36,718 bases of DNA from an uncultured virus (IMG/VR IMGVR_UViG_3300007754_000002) (Duplodnaviria; Heunggongvirae; Uroviricota; Caudoviricetes). Of this stretch, positions 1-8,705 are shown piece by piece. The translations under genes were made by a program, and so were the position numbers. Where the stretch lies: the IMG/VR virus record IMGVR_UViG_3300007754_000002. One strand, written 5' to 3'. Positions within the stretch are counted from its first letter, which is position 1. Each line of letters begins with the position of its first letter. The notes under the pieces are model-generated. The model worked only from the letters and a program-made list of their open reading frames with translations. It did no database searches and had not been told where the DNA came from.

Positions 1-197
1 GTCCAGGCGAAGGTCTCGGGCATCTCGGGGTCGCGGTCCTCATTGGCGAGGACCGGGTCCACGGTCGCCTGGAGGCTGAAGGTCAGCCACCTATCGGGCT
101 GACAGGAGTTCCGCGGCAGGATGCCGCGGCTGTGGACGTAGCCGTAGAACTTGTCGATCAGGCGGGACCAGGGGAGAGCGTTCGGGAGCAGAGTCAT
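1..197 (-). CDS. hypothetical protein (partial, runs off window start)
   Basis: ATG at 197 with GAGG RBS; open frame MTLLPNALPWSRLIDKFYGYVHSRG... to the window edge; promoter motif at 219-245. Confidence 0.7.
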   Translation of the reverse strand, partial: MTLLPNALPWSRLIDKFYGYVHSRGILPRNSCQPDRWLTFSLQATVDPVLANEDRDPEMPETFAW

Positions 198-218
198 TGT
201 AGTAAACCTCCACTCCTC

Positions 219-245
219 TATACGAGTACCCTGTCGAAACTTACA
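219..245 (-). promoter_or_regulatory. phage promoter-like motif (TGTAAG-N15-CGTATA)
   Basis: Variant of the recurring motif with the same 15-nt spacer, upstream of the ORF starting at 197. Confidence 0.55.
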
Positions 246-711
246 GGATTCCGAAGAACGGGTCTTGTGAGATATAGGCGGGGAATCTTGGGGACATGAG
301 CTTCTTGGAGACCCAGACGATTCGGTCTTTGGGTACGGCGGCGAGGTTTCCGTGGGGGGCCATTCCGAAGGCGAGGGTTGTGTGGTCCTGTCCGCGGTAG
401 GTCATGGTGTGGTGTTTGGCGGAGGAGTCGCAGATTCTCCGATATCGGTATCCGTCTTTCACCTTGGCGAACCAGTGTCCGTTGGGGACGTCACCTGCGA
501 GTCGCAGTCTCTTGAGCCGGAAGGGTCGTCCTTCGGCGTATTTCTCCCAGAGGGCCAGGAGAGCGGCTCGTCGGGTCTGGTGGTTGACCTTAGCGAATTG
601 GAGGAGGGCTTCTTTGAGCGGTCCTGACGGATCGGGTGTGTCGGGATCGGAGGCCCAGCACCAGTCGTAGTTCTGGAGGAGGTCTTCGATGGTGGCGAGG
701 TTGGTTGTCAC
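241..711 (-). CDS. hypothetical protein
   Basis: 156-aa ORF, 4-nt overlap with the upstream ATPase stop. Confidence 0.7.
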   Translation of the reverse strand: MTTNLATIEDLLQNYDWCWASDPDTPDPSGPLKEALLQFAKVNHQTRRAALLALWEKYAEGRPFRLKRLRLAGDVPNGHWFAKVKDGYRYRRICDSSAKHHTMTYRGQDHTTLAFGMAPHGNLAAVPKDRIVWVSKKLMSPRFPAYISQDPFFGIL

Positions 712-2186
712 AGCAGGCCGCTTCGGATGAGGTGAGCGAGCTTTGCTCCGAGTCGGGAGAGGGCGTCGTTGTACTTCTTGGAGAGGTGGTTGCCTTCGTA
801 CTCGTGCCCGAGTTCGTGGATCATGAGGTCATCGATCGCCTGTTGCCGGGCGGGGTCTTTGAGGTTGAACCACCGGAGCCCGAGGGTTCCCTGGTTGAGC
901 CTCATCCGGCGGTCTCCTTGTCGGTAGTCTGCGAGCTGCCCCCCCTTGGGTTCGTTGATGACTTCGACGGTGACGGTGTGCCCGATGAGGAGGTTGGCGG
1001 CCTTTCGGATGTAGGCGACCACCTCTCGGACGTCGGGGTTCATCTCAGGGGGTGCGATGAGGTCGAAGCCCCAGATGGTTTCCTTGGTCGTGCTGAATCG
1101 TGGGAGCCGACCAGCGGGGGGGAGGGGGTCTCGACCCTCTCCTTGGAAGCGTTTCCGGTTCTCCCGAATTCCGGCGGAGAGCTGTCGTCCTCGGACGGGG
1201 GTCCAGCCTGCTGCGGTGGCTCGGTTATTGGCTTCGCGGTCGGAGGGATCCCACATGAAGCGTTTGGTCCCGAAGCGTTTGTCCATGACGGAGTTGAAGG
1301 CTTCCTCGGAGATTCTCGGGGAGGCGACCGCTTCGGACACCCAGGTCTCTGCGGCGTCGGCCGGGGTCAGGCGTTCGTGGAGGTGCTCCAGGGCTTTGGT
1401 TCTCAGGTCGCGGAGGTAGCTGGGAGGGACGTTGTTCCTCTCCATCGCGATGGGGACCTTCTGGTCCACGTCATAGCTCCACCTGTCCCCGGTTTCCACG
1501 ACGGGTATCCCCATCTCGTAGAGGAACCCTTTGGCGCCTTCGGGCGGGGTGTAGATGGCAACCTGGGTGACTCTCCGAGTCCGTCTCATCGGGCCCTCAG
1601 GGGAGGCGACCATTGTCGGGAGGGTCACCTTGAAGGACCCGTGCTGTTCCGGTCGAACCAGCGTCTCTCCGTTGACGCAGGTGAGGATGTTCTCGGGGGG
1701 AATGAATCGCTTGACAGCGTCCAACTCCGCTCGGACCTCTTCGGGGGTCATTTCCAGCAAGGCCCAGAACTCGGTCCCGAAGTCCCTCTTCTTCCGGCGT
1801 CCATCCAGACGCCGGCCTCGGTGATCGAACACGACCACGCCGGTCGTGGAAGAGATCCTGGCTTCGATCGCTGTCGCCAGGACGAGCTTTTCGCCCAGGT
1901 TGAACCGGCCTCGCTTCCCCGGGTCTGTCGCCTTGTAGCTCCGGGCGAACAGGGTGTAAGCGTGGCTCAGATCCCTGAAGCCCGTGGGGGAGTCATCCAC
2001 GCAGACCAGGATCGCCGTCCCGGGTCGCTCGGGGTTGACGCGGAGGGTCAACTGGACCCTGGTAACCCCGTCCTCATCCCAGGGATTCTGGAGCGTCTCA
2101 CCGACACGCCATCCAGGTCGGCGGCGTGCCATCAGGTCTCGCAGCCCTTCTTTGTCTGCGGTGAACCAGGGGTTCGGGTCAGCCAT
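708..2186 (-). CDS. GHKL (HATPase_c/MORC-like) ATPase with C-terminal HExxH motif
   Basis: N-box ETLQNPWDE, G1 VDDSPTG, G2 RGRFNLGEK, G3 FGT; C-terminal IHELGHEY; start placed at ATG 2186 overlapping the upstream small ORF. Confidence 0.75.
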   Translation of the reverse strand: MADPNPWFTADKEGLRDLMARRRPGWRVGETLQNPWDEDGVTRVQLTLRVNPERPGTAILVCVDDSPTGFRDLSHAYTLFARSYKATDPGKRGRFNLGEKLVLATAIEARISSTTGVVVFDHRGRRLDGRRKKRDFGTEFWALLEMTPEEVRAELDAVKRFIPPENILTCVNGETLVRPEQHGSFKVTLPTMVASPEGPMRRTRRVTQVAIYTPPEGAKGFLYEMGIPVVETGDRWSYDVDQKVPIAMERNNVPPSYLRDLRTKALEHLHERLTPADAAETWVSEAVASPRISEEAFNSVMDKRFGTKRFMWDPSDREANNRATAAGWTPVRGRQLSAGIRENRKRFQGEGRDPLPPAGRLPRFSTTKETIWGFDLIAPPEMNPDVREVVAYIRKAANLLIGHTVTVEVINEPKGGQLADYRQGDRRMRLNQGTLGLRWFNLKDPARQQAIDDLMIHELGHEYEGNHLSKKYNDALSRLGAKLAHLIRSGLL

Positions 2187-2304
2187 CAGGGTCACTCCGG
2201 ATCTTGATCACGCTCAGGGGGACCCCAGCCACCCGCACGTCCAGGTTCAGCCCGGCAGCTCGGAGATCCCGGACGATTCTCGCTTGTAGTTGTTCGTCAG
2301 TCAT
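2179..2304 (-). CDS. small hypothetical protein (41 aa), probably leaderless
   Basis: MTDEQLQARIVRDLRAAGLNLDVRVAGVPLSVIKIRSDPDG; ATG 7 nt downstream of CGTATA (2312-2317). Confidence 0.55.
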   Translation of the reverse strand: MTDEQLQARIVRDLRAAGLNLDVRVAGVPLSVIKIRSDPDG

Positions 2305-2311
2305 ACCTGCG

Positions 2312-2338
2312 TATACGACCCGGCTTCAGAAAATCCCC
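2312..2338 (-). promoter_or_regulatory. phage promoter-like motif (GGGGAT-N15-CGTATA)
   Basis: Recurring motif, intergenic. Confidence 0.55.
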
Positions 2339-2379
2339 TAAGGGCTTGTACTGGCCGGGGAAATCCTCTCGGAGCCGGC

Positions 2380-2922
2380 CTACAGTCGTCCCTGAAGGAT
2401 CTTGACCCACTGGTCCCGGTGGGTGTCGTCGCAGGCGTCAGGGGTCTCCCAGGGGATTCCCAGCTCGGTAGCTCGGGCCTGGATACGGTCATACCGTTCG
2501 CGGGCCTGGGCTCTCTCGATCTCGGCATAGCGAGCCGAGTGGAGGAGCCGAGAGAGTCGGGGTTGGTCTTCTTTCCTCTCCAGGGTGGGGTATCCATTCT
2601 CCGCATAGGAGTCCAGAACAGCCGTGATCCCAGCCGGGTCCACGGGGGCTGAACCCAGGAGCATCTCCCGAATGTTCAGCGGGAGGACGTTCAGAAACTC
2701 TTCCTGGGGAGGCCAGATCGCCTCATAGGTCCCGTACCAGTCCTTATAGGTGGCCTTGTATCGACCCAACCCGAGCCCAGACGCCGCGAGGATGGCGTCG
2801 CGGACAGGGGGCAGGAAGTGATGGAACATCACTCCCCGAGAGGAGAGCAAGGGTTGGATTCCCCTGGGGGTCTGATGGAGGTACTCGGGCAGCAGCTCAG
2901 GGGGTCGTAGTGAAATGTCCAA
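2380..2922 (-). CDS. hypothetical protein
   Basis: 180-aa ORF, AGGAG RBS, promoter motif at 2945-2971. Confidence 0.7.
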   Translation of the reverse strand: MDISLRPPELLPEYLHQTPRGIQPLLSSRGVMFHHFLPPVRDAILAASGLGLGRYKATYKDWYGTYEAIWPPQEEFLNVLPLNIREMLLGSAPVDPAGITAVLDSYAENGYPTLERKEDQPRLSRLLHSARYAEIERAQARERYDRIQARATELGIPWETPDACDDTHRDQWVKILQGRL

Positions 2923-2944
2923 TTGGGGTGCTCCTATGGAGAGC

Positions 2945-2971
2945 TATACGCCCTACCCTCCGAGAGTTACA
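2945..2971 (-). promoter_or_regulatory. phage promoter-like motif (TGTAAC-N15-CGTATA)
   Basis: Recurring motif. Confidence 0.6.
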
Positions 2972-3399
2972 TCGGGGAAGTCTTCGATATAGGCCGCGGG
3001 GTAGTCGAGATTCCCGACACATTCCGGGACGGTACAGCGAGCCTCTTCGACAGAACCCCACTCGTCTGATTCCCAAGGCCACTCTGCGATGCAGGGGTTT
3101 GTCACTCGGAGTGCCTGAATCAGGGTCTCTTCTTCCCACCTGGGATGTAGCCACACCTCAACGGTCTCAGTCCAACCACATTCGTCGCATCGCTGGGTGA
3201 CCTTGACTCTGCCTAGAAGGGGAGCGAACCGCTCTCGGGCTTCTTCCAGGTCCAGCTCGCGGTCTCGTGTGTCCAGGCGGGCTCGGACCAGATCGAGAGC
3301 GTGGCCGAAAGCTCCGCGGCGGGAGCCCTGGACGCGATCGAGGATCGCTCGGAATTCCGCTCGCTCTTGTCGGATGGCGTCTCTCATCAGGCCCTCCAT
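2953..3399 (-). CDS. hypothetical protein with CxxC motif
   Basis: 148-aa ORF; CDECG and CTVPEC. Confidence 0.65.
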   Translation of the reverse strand: MEGLMRDAIRQERAEFRAILDRVQGSRRGAFGHALDLVRARLDTRDRELDLEEARERFAPLLGRVKVTQRCDECGWTETVEVWLHPRWEEETLIQALRVTNPCIAEWPWESDEWGSVEEARCTVPECVGNLDYPAAYIEDFPDVTLGG

Positions 3400-3471
3400 G
3401 TGGCTCCCGGAGCCTTCTCACTCCGGGAGCCGACCTGACCCCTCAGGTCAGAACACACAGCTCTATCTCTG

Positions 3472-3999
3472 TTACGCCATGGAGGAGGAAGTTGGGCCTA
3501 CCCAGGAATCACCTACGAGGGTGTGGTTTCGGATTTGTGGCATCAGGGCTCGGTTCTGAATCAGGCGGGGTTCTGCGAGCACTCTCGCGATCACGGAGGC
3601 GTACAGGAGGTTTGGTGTTTCCCGGGTGTCGTTTTCGCGGAGGTATCCGAGGGCGAGGCGACTTGCCTCAAGGAAGAGGTCTTCTGAGGGCCCCGCCCGG
3701 ATCGAGCTGCCGAGGGCTGTCAGGGGGAGCCTCTGTTCAATCTGCTCCGAGAGCAGGAGCCGGATCCTGAGGAGAGTCCACGAGGAAGCGGCACGGATCT
3801 CGGAGGGGATCTCCGGATGTTCCAGCACCAGGGCGAGCAGCACATCGCGGAGGAACTCTTCGCCCTCGTTGTCCATGTCGAGCCAACAGAGGTCGCGAGC
3901 AACCTTCAGGGCGTCATCCCTCTCGCCTCGCAGAGCGACCCTGGCTCGCCCTGCGAGCCGGTTAATCCGGCTCCAGTTGATGCTATTGAGAATGTCCAT
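3472..3999 (-). CDS. hypothetical protein
   Basis: Helical ORF; start trimmed to MDILNS (3999), 7 nt from a CGTATG variant of the promoter motif. Confidence 0.6.
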   Translation of the reverse strand: MDILNSINWSRINRLAGRARVALRGERDDALKVARDLCWLDMDNEGEEFLRDVLLALVLEHPEIPSEIRAASSWTLLRIRLLLSEQIEQRLPLTALGSSIRAGPSEDLFLEASRLALGYLRENDTRETPNLLYASVIARVLAEPRLIQNRALMPQIRNHTLVGDSWVGPTSSSMA

Positions 4000-4018
4000 A
4001 TCTGGACATACGACTAAC

Positions 4019-4954
4019 TCAGCCTGATTTTCCGGCTGAGTTAGGGCCTCCGGACTTCCTAGGCCGGAACCCTTTCTGGACCAGGAAAGAAGCGAGGGTG
4101 TTCCCCCCCTCAAGCCCCCGGGTCCCCTTCTGAAGGGCTCGGTTCACCATATTCCAGGTGAGGGAGCCATCTTCCGCCTTGAAGTGGGTGGCCGCTTCGC
4201 CTGAATAGTAGACGGGCAGCTTCCCTGTCTCTTCCTTGAAGGAGTGGACAGCCGCTTCGATCTGCTCTTCAGAGAGCAGAATCCTCGACCGTCGAATCTT
4301 CGGCCTGGGGATACCGAGCCCCTGGAGAGCTTCCGCGAGGGTCATGTTGTATTCCCTCCCCAGGAGGCTACGCACTCGATTCCACGACTCCTGTTGACCG
4401 AAGTAGGGGGTCGCGTCACCTGACCGCGGTGGGAACCTGCCATGTTCTTCCGCGTACTTTTTCCCAGCTCGCCGCACGTCTTCCAGAGGAGGACACTTCC
4501 CCCGCTCATGACAGAGCCCCGCCTCTACGGCGAGGACCCGAAGAGACTTCCCTCCAGTTAGCCCACAGCGACCGTGGCGGAGGCGTCCGTCGATCGTCGC
4601 CCAGGTGACCCCAGGGAGGTCCAGATAGGGCTCTACAGGGGCCTGGAGCCCTATCTGGAAGGGGAGCCGACCCCTATGGTCACCAGCAAACTCGCGGAGG
4701 GCCTGAGCAATCTCAGGCTCAGAGACAGGGGAAGAGTCCGGGAGGGGCTCCCGAAAGCCTTTCTCCACCAGGAATCGGAACAAGGAAGAACCGCCGTCCA
4801 GGCCCCTGAGACCGAAGCGGAGGGCGTTATCGATGTTCAGCCACGTCTCAGGCCCGCCAAAACACCAGCTCGCATCCCCGGTGAGCCGCGTAGGCGGGAC
4901 TCCCCGCCTACGAATGTGCTTCTGGACCGCCTGAATAATGCTCTCTTCCGTCAA
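4019..4954 (-). CDS. repeat-domain protein (four ~70-aa helical repeats), possibly DNA-binding
   Basis: Repeated I..A...F....G..P...SG.A..YF...W..I..AL..G.RGL.GG.SL pattern. Confidence 0.7.
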   Translation of the reverse strand: MTEESIIQAVQKHIRRRGVPPTRLTGDASWCFGGPETWLNIDNALRFGLRGLDGGSSLFRFLVEKGFREPLPDSSPVSEPEIAQALREFAGDHRGRLPFQIGLQAPVEPYLDLPGVTWATIDGRLRHGRCGLTGGKSLRVLAVEAGLCHERGKCPPLEDVRRAGKKYAEEHGRFPPRSGDATPYFGQQESWNRVRSLLGREYNMTLAEALQGLGIPRPKIRRSRILLSEEQIEAAVHSFKEETGKLPVYYSGEAATHFKAEDGSLTWNMVNRALQKGTRGLEGGNTLASFLVQKGFRPRKSGGPNSAGKSG

Positions 4955-5013
4955 GAGTTACCCCTGCCTATAGGGGTAACTCTACCCACCTCACTCGTAG
5001 TGTTGCTCGGAGC

Positions 5014-5286
5014 CTATTCTTCCGGACAGTAAGAGCAACGGACTCGCTTCGGAGGCGGCAGGGCTTCCGAGGTGCGGCGGGGGTGGTGGAGAGCCGCGAA
5101 GCCGAGGGGGCGGCGGTCTCCCCGAGGGGGATATCGGGGAGGTCTCTCTTCTACGTGTCCGCACTCCAGGTGCAGATCCCACCACGTCACCTGAAGTCGT
5201 TGGTTCCCGATGCAGTTGGCCCGGAGCGGGCCTTCTGCTCGGAGGACTCGCCGCCAGGGCTTTCTAGAAGGGGATTTCGTCTTCAT
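5014..5286 (-). CDS. hypothetical Cys/His (zinc-binding) protein
   Basis: LECGH ... RCSYC; start at MKTKSPS. Confidence 0.6.
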   Translation of the reverse strand: MKTKSPSRKPWRRVLRAEGPLRANCIGNQRLQVTWWDLHLECGHVEERPPRYPPRGDRRPLGFAALHHPRRTSEALPPPKRVRCSYCPEE

Positions 5287-5572
5287 CGTAGTCCGCCTCC
5301 TCAGCCGCCTGAGCCTCCGCCCACTCAGCCTCCTGCTGAGCCATCCGCAGCTCCATCCCACAGAGCCGCTGGTGCTGCTTGTAGATGGTGAACTCCCCAT
5401 CCTCAGTGAACACCTCGCGGCGGTACTTCTCACCCGCGAGGATGGGGTCCTCACAGGCGTTGCAGCGGTGAGGCTTCCGCGCGGTGGACACCCGCGCGGA
5501 GATCTGAACGAATTCCGGAGCCTCCGCCACCATCTCCGAGTAGCGGTAGTAGTCGCGAGCCGACCTGTACAT
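5264..5572 (-). CDS. zinc-ribbon protein with SSB-like acidic C-terminal tail
   Basis: ARKPHRCNACEDPILAGEKY; ends DYDEDEIPF; AGGAG RBS. Confidence 0.75.
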   Translation of the reverse strand: MYRSARDYYRYSEMVAEAPEFVQISARVSTARKPHRCNACEDPILAGEKYRREVFTEDGEFTIYKQHQRLCGMELRMAQQEAEWAEAQAAEEADYDEDEIPF

Positions 5573-5595
5573 GGTCTCTCCTGTTCTTGACCATG

Positions 5596-5622
5596 TATAC
5601 GACCTCCCCGCCGGAAGTTACC
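5596..5622 (-). promoter_or_regulatory. phage promoter-like motif (GGTAAC-N15-CGTATA)
   Basis: Exact consensus copy upstream of ORF 5572. Confidence 0.7.
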
Positions 5623-5978
5623 TAAAAAAGGTGTGGAAAGAGAACCGTCTTCGCGTGGCGACGTTGCTCGTGGGTGCCTTCGGATTCGGGGATGCCGAAG
5701 AACTCTGCTGCGGCTCTCCGGTGGACGTCGCTAGGGACCTCCAGGAGATCTTCTTGAATACCTGAGATCTCATCGAGCACAACGACTCCCCGATAAGTCA
5801 GGTTGTATCCCTGGTCCCTGGGGGTGATCAGATCTTGTTTCTCCAAGAGATCGGCTACCTGGGCATCGATCGCTCGGGGCTTCGTGGAGTGGGGGAGGCA
5901 TCCATGTTGGCGGAGCATCTGGAGGGCTCGCCAATGCGAGCCGGCGAGGTCCAGCTCTATCTGAACGGTGAATCTCAT
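5622..5978 (-). CDS. hypothetical protein; winged-helix-like N-terminus plus DNA polymerase A fingers-like C-terminal fragment
   Basis: GYNLTYRG wing-like motif; DVHRRAAAEFFGIPESEGTHEQRRHAKTVLF resembles the Pol I segment before motif B. Confidence 0.65.
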   Translation of the reverse strand: MRFTVQIELDLAGSHWRALQMLRQHGCLPHSTKPRAIDAQVADLLEKQDLITPRDQGYNLTYRGVVVLDEISGIQEDLLEVPSDVHRRAAAEFFGIPESEGTHEQRRHAKTVLFPHLF

Positions 5979-6002
5979 GGCTCCTCGCAGTGAGGGTTGT
6001 TC

Positions 6003-6584
6003 TCAATCATCGTCTTCCTCTTCATCCCACTGCCGTTCGTAGAGAGCCCAGCAGCCTCCCGGAGAGATGACGTAGCCGTCCCCCTGGCAGCGGTGACAGT
6101 CCGGGTAGGGGTCGTCACGGACGTCTCCGGTGAAGACCCACAGGAGCCCCTGAGAGGCGTCCAGGGGCGTTTCCCCATCCCAGCCCATCCGGCCCGCCAT
6201 CCACTTGATGACTTTGGCGGCGGGCAGGGGTTCTCGTGGTTCTCCGGCGGCTCCGGTCCAGTCTCCGAGCTGCCCGTGGCAGCCACACTCGCGATCGGAG
6301 GTCGTCATATAGCCCTTGGAGAGGATCTTGAACCGATCCTCTCCATCCTGGTACTCCTCGGGGAACGGGTAGGGCCCGAAGTGTCCCGAGTTGGGAGCCA
6401 CGACCAGGAGATCGGGGTCCCCCGAGGTCATGTCTCGCCCGAGGATGTAGTCCAGGTCCGGATCTTCCCAGAGAAAGACCGGGCTGTTGCTCCAGTAGGT
6501 CCCCCGCTCGGGGTTCTCGAACCCGTAGCCCCCGCCATCGAGGCCGTAGCCGATGTTCCAGGTCTGCCGTTGCTGATCAGTCAT
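6003..6584 (-). CDS. hypothetical protein with CxxCxGxG motif
   Basis: ORF with CHRCQGDG and an acidic tail; GGAG RBS before MTDQQ. Confidence 0.7.
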   Translation of the reverse strand: MTDQQRQTWNIGYGLDGGGYGFENPERGTYWSNSPVFLWEDPDLDYILGRDMTSGDPDLLVVAPNSGHFGPYPFPEEYQDGEDRFKILSKGYMTTSDRECGCHGQLGDWTGAAGEPREPLPAAKVIKWMAGRMGWDGETPLDASQGLLWVFTGDVRDDPYPDCHRCQGDGYVISPGGCWALYERQWDEEEDDD

Positions 6585-7227
6585 CGTTGCTCCAGACGGA
6601 AGCGTCAATCGCTTCCTCGGGGACCAGCCGCTCGACGTGCTCCCCCACCCAGGCCCACTGACCGTGAAAGCGGTAGTCGATCCCGGACTCGTTCACCATG
6701 ACCGCGGGGTTCTGATTCTTCATCAGGGTGACGGCGAGAGCCCCGTTCTTGTTGTTGGTTGCGATGGCGACTTCGTCGTCCGCATAGACGAAGATGGATC
6801 CTCTGGGGGCGTCATGGAGGAGCCGGTTTCCGATAGTCCGCTCCTCCAGGTAGAGGAGGCCCCCTTGGGTGAGGGACTTGCCCCGGCGGTCTACCAGGAG
6901 ACGGCAGCACTGAAGGAACCGGTAGTGAGGGCTCTTTCGGACGCCCACCTTCTCCTCCGCCCACTTGGCGAAGGACTTCTTCAGGACCAGATGGTACTTC
7001 CACGCGGAAGTGACGGAAAAGGAGTCTCCGGAAGTCTGACTCGCCAGGACTTTCTGGAGGTCTCTCCAGAGCATGTGAGCATTGTGGCTCGGGACAGGGC
7101 AGATCCTCTCGGGCTCCTCATCCTTGCATTCGACGTACAGGACCTTCCCGTTGAAAATCCCGAGGACCAGCCGAGTGTGGGAACCCTTGCGATAGATGCC
7201 ATTGACTTTGATTTCACGGCTCAGCAA
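6577..7227 (-). CDS. hypothetical protein, paralog of 7270-7839
   Basis: Shares FAxWAEE and DDxxAIAT...NP....GxxYRxHG; TTG start after GAAGGAGG. Confidence 0.75.
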   Translation of the reverse strand: MLSREIKVNGIYRKGSHTRLVLGIFNGKVLYVECKDEEPERICPVPSHNAHMLWRDLQKVLASQTSGDSFSVTSAWKYHLVLKKSFAKWAEEKVGVRKSPHYRFLQCCRLLVDRRGKSLTQGGLLYLEERTIGNRLLHDAPRGSIFVYADDEVAIATNNKNGALAVTLMKNQNPAVMVNESGIDYRFHGQWAWVGEHVERLVPEEAIDASVWSNDD

Positions 7228-7247
7228 AGCAACCTCCTTCAAGGGCT

Positions 7248-7274
7248 TATACGAACTACCTCGAAAAAGTTACG
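7248..7274 (-). promoter_or_regulatory. phage promoter-like motif (CGTAAC-N15-CGTATA)
   Basis: Recurring motif. Confidence 0.65.
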
Positions 7275-7839
7275 CGAGGAGATCTTGAACGTGGTCGATC
7301 AGCTCGGTGTACTCGCCGTGGACGCGGTAGGGGACTCCCTTTTCGTCGAGGTAGATGACCGGGTTGTGGTTTTCTCGCCGCTCGACCCACATCGCCCCGT
7401 TGGAGAGGCTGGTCGCGATGGCGATGGTGTCATCCGTGTAGACCATCACGTCCTGCTCGGGAGAGGACCGGCGACCCCATGTGAGCTGGTGCCCGGTGTA
7501 GTAGCCGTGATCCGCCGTGCGGATCTGTGTCAGAGGGGTGCCCTTTCGCCTGACCACTTCGCGGAGGAGCGCGAAGAACTTGAACGTGCTGTGGTCTTCC
7601 TGCCCAGCCGTCTCCTCTGCCCAGCGAGCGAAGGTCGATGCCTTGATCAATCGGAAATCGGGGGAGGTCGTGTAGCGGCTTCCGGGCGGGTTGGTCACCC
7701 ACTTAGGACGCTTATCCACGTCGCAGGGGAGGTAGAGCACCATCCCGTTGAAGAGAGCCCGGACGACCCGGTAAGCGAGGGTGCCATCGCTCATGCGTCG
7801 GCTGTAGTAGGAGTCACTCTGGATCTCGGAGGGCGTCAT
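7270..7839 (-). CDS. hypothetical protein, paralog of 6577-7227
   Basis: 189-aa ORF, GAGG RBS, shared motifs. Confidence 0.75.
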   Translation of the reverse strand: MTPSEIQSDSYYSRRMSDGTLAYRVVRALFNGMVLYLPCDVDKRPKWVTNPPGSRYTTSPDFRLIKASTFARWAEETAGQEDHSTFKFFALLREVVRRKGTPLTQIRTADHGYYTGHQLTWGRRSSPEQDVMVYTDDTIAIATSLSNGAMWVERRENHNPVIYLDEKGVPYRVHGEYTELIDHVQDLLA

Positions 7840-8042
7840 CGGGTGGCCTCGGTCAGGAGTCGTTGGACATGAGCAGCGTAAGACCTTGAGTGGTCTCGGT
7901 AGCTGTAGAGGTAGCCATCATGGTCTGCGTAGAGGATGGGGCTGTTGGATCGTCCCGGATCGTCCCGGAACGTCTTGGGTCGCTTCGCCCAGAGAATCCC
8001 GGATGAGGTGGAGACCGCGATCGAGATGGTGTCGTCCTCAAG
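7836..8042 (-). pseudogene. startless C-terminal fragment of a third paralog of the 6577-7839 family
   Basis: Frame reads LEDDTISIAVSTSSGILWAKR...NSPILYADHDGYLYSYRDH...HVQRLL, matching DDTIAIATSLSNGAMWVER...NPVIYLDEKGVPYRVHG...HVQDLL; no start codon found. Confidence 0.6.
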
Positions 8043-8643
8043 CCCCCGGCTCCTGAATGACGGTGTGGGGTCGAGAGCAGATCAGCTTCTTCCCGTGAGG
8101 GCCCTTGTTCCCCACCACGATGTACTCCTGAACGGAGGGGCTCCGGAGGATCTGGTCTTCCTTGATCCCGAAGATCGATCCCCCGCCAGGGGGAGGAGGC
8201 AACCGGGGGCTGATCCATTGCGTGACCCAGGCACCGAGAACCACCTGGGGCTGGTACTTCTGGACCGCGGCGAGGGCATCCAGATCTTCTACATCTTCCC
8301 CGTATTGGACCCGGGGCTGCCGTTGTAGGACGTACATCATGGCGACGTTAGGCCAGTTCTGGCTCATGTTGTCCGTCATGGGAATCCCCAGGGCCCTCCC
8401 CAGGCAGCCGTTTCCGGACCCGATCTCAATCGCCCGACGACCCCCGATGCGTGCCTTCAGCCACTCCAGCAGCTCCGTGGTGGGGAGGGCATAGAAAGCC
8501 TTCTTGTGGCACCACACTCGGAGATCAGTGGGATCAATCCCCTGATAGACCTCCGTAGGGACCACCTTCAACCGCCCTTTGCTGTCGAGCAACAGAGCGT
8601 CCAGGTGGTTGGTTTCACGGGCTGGCAGGTACGAAGCTTCCAT
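8038..8643 (-). CDS. putative SAM-dependent methyltransferase-like protein (possibly C-terminally truncated)
   Basis: AIEIGSGNGCLG motif I-like glycine loop. Confidence 0.6.
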   Translation of the reverse strand: MEASYLPARETNHLDALLLDSKGRLKVVPTEVYQGIDPTDLRVWCHKKAFYALPTTELLEWLKARIGGRRAIEIGSGNGCLGRALGIPMTDNMSQNWPNVAMMYVLQRQPRVQYGEDVEDLDALAAVQKYQPQVVLGAWVTQWISPRLPPPPGGGSIFGIKEDQILRSPSVQEYIVVGNKGPHGKKLICSRPHTVIQEPGA

Positions 8644-8705
8644 GCCCCTCATACGACCTCCCCGCTATTCATCCCCTCCCGGTGTAAGGTGGAGGGAGGT
8701 GGTTT

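Noticed and set aside
636..2207. Long plus-strand ORF (also 6637-7872, 11058-11876, 13889-14881, 34080-34829)
   Set aside because: Antisense shadows of well-supported minus-strand genes, expected in GC-rich DNA.
3402..3431. 11-bp hairpin upstream of ORF 3399 as a terminator or riboswitch
   Set aside because: No U-tract and no aptamer motif; it may occlude the RBS, but there is no further support.
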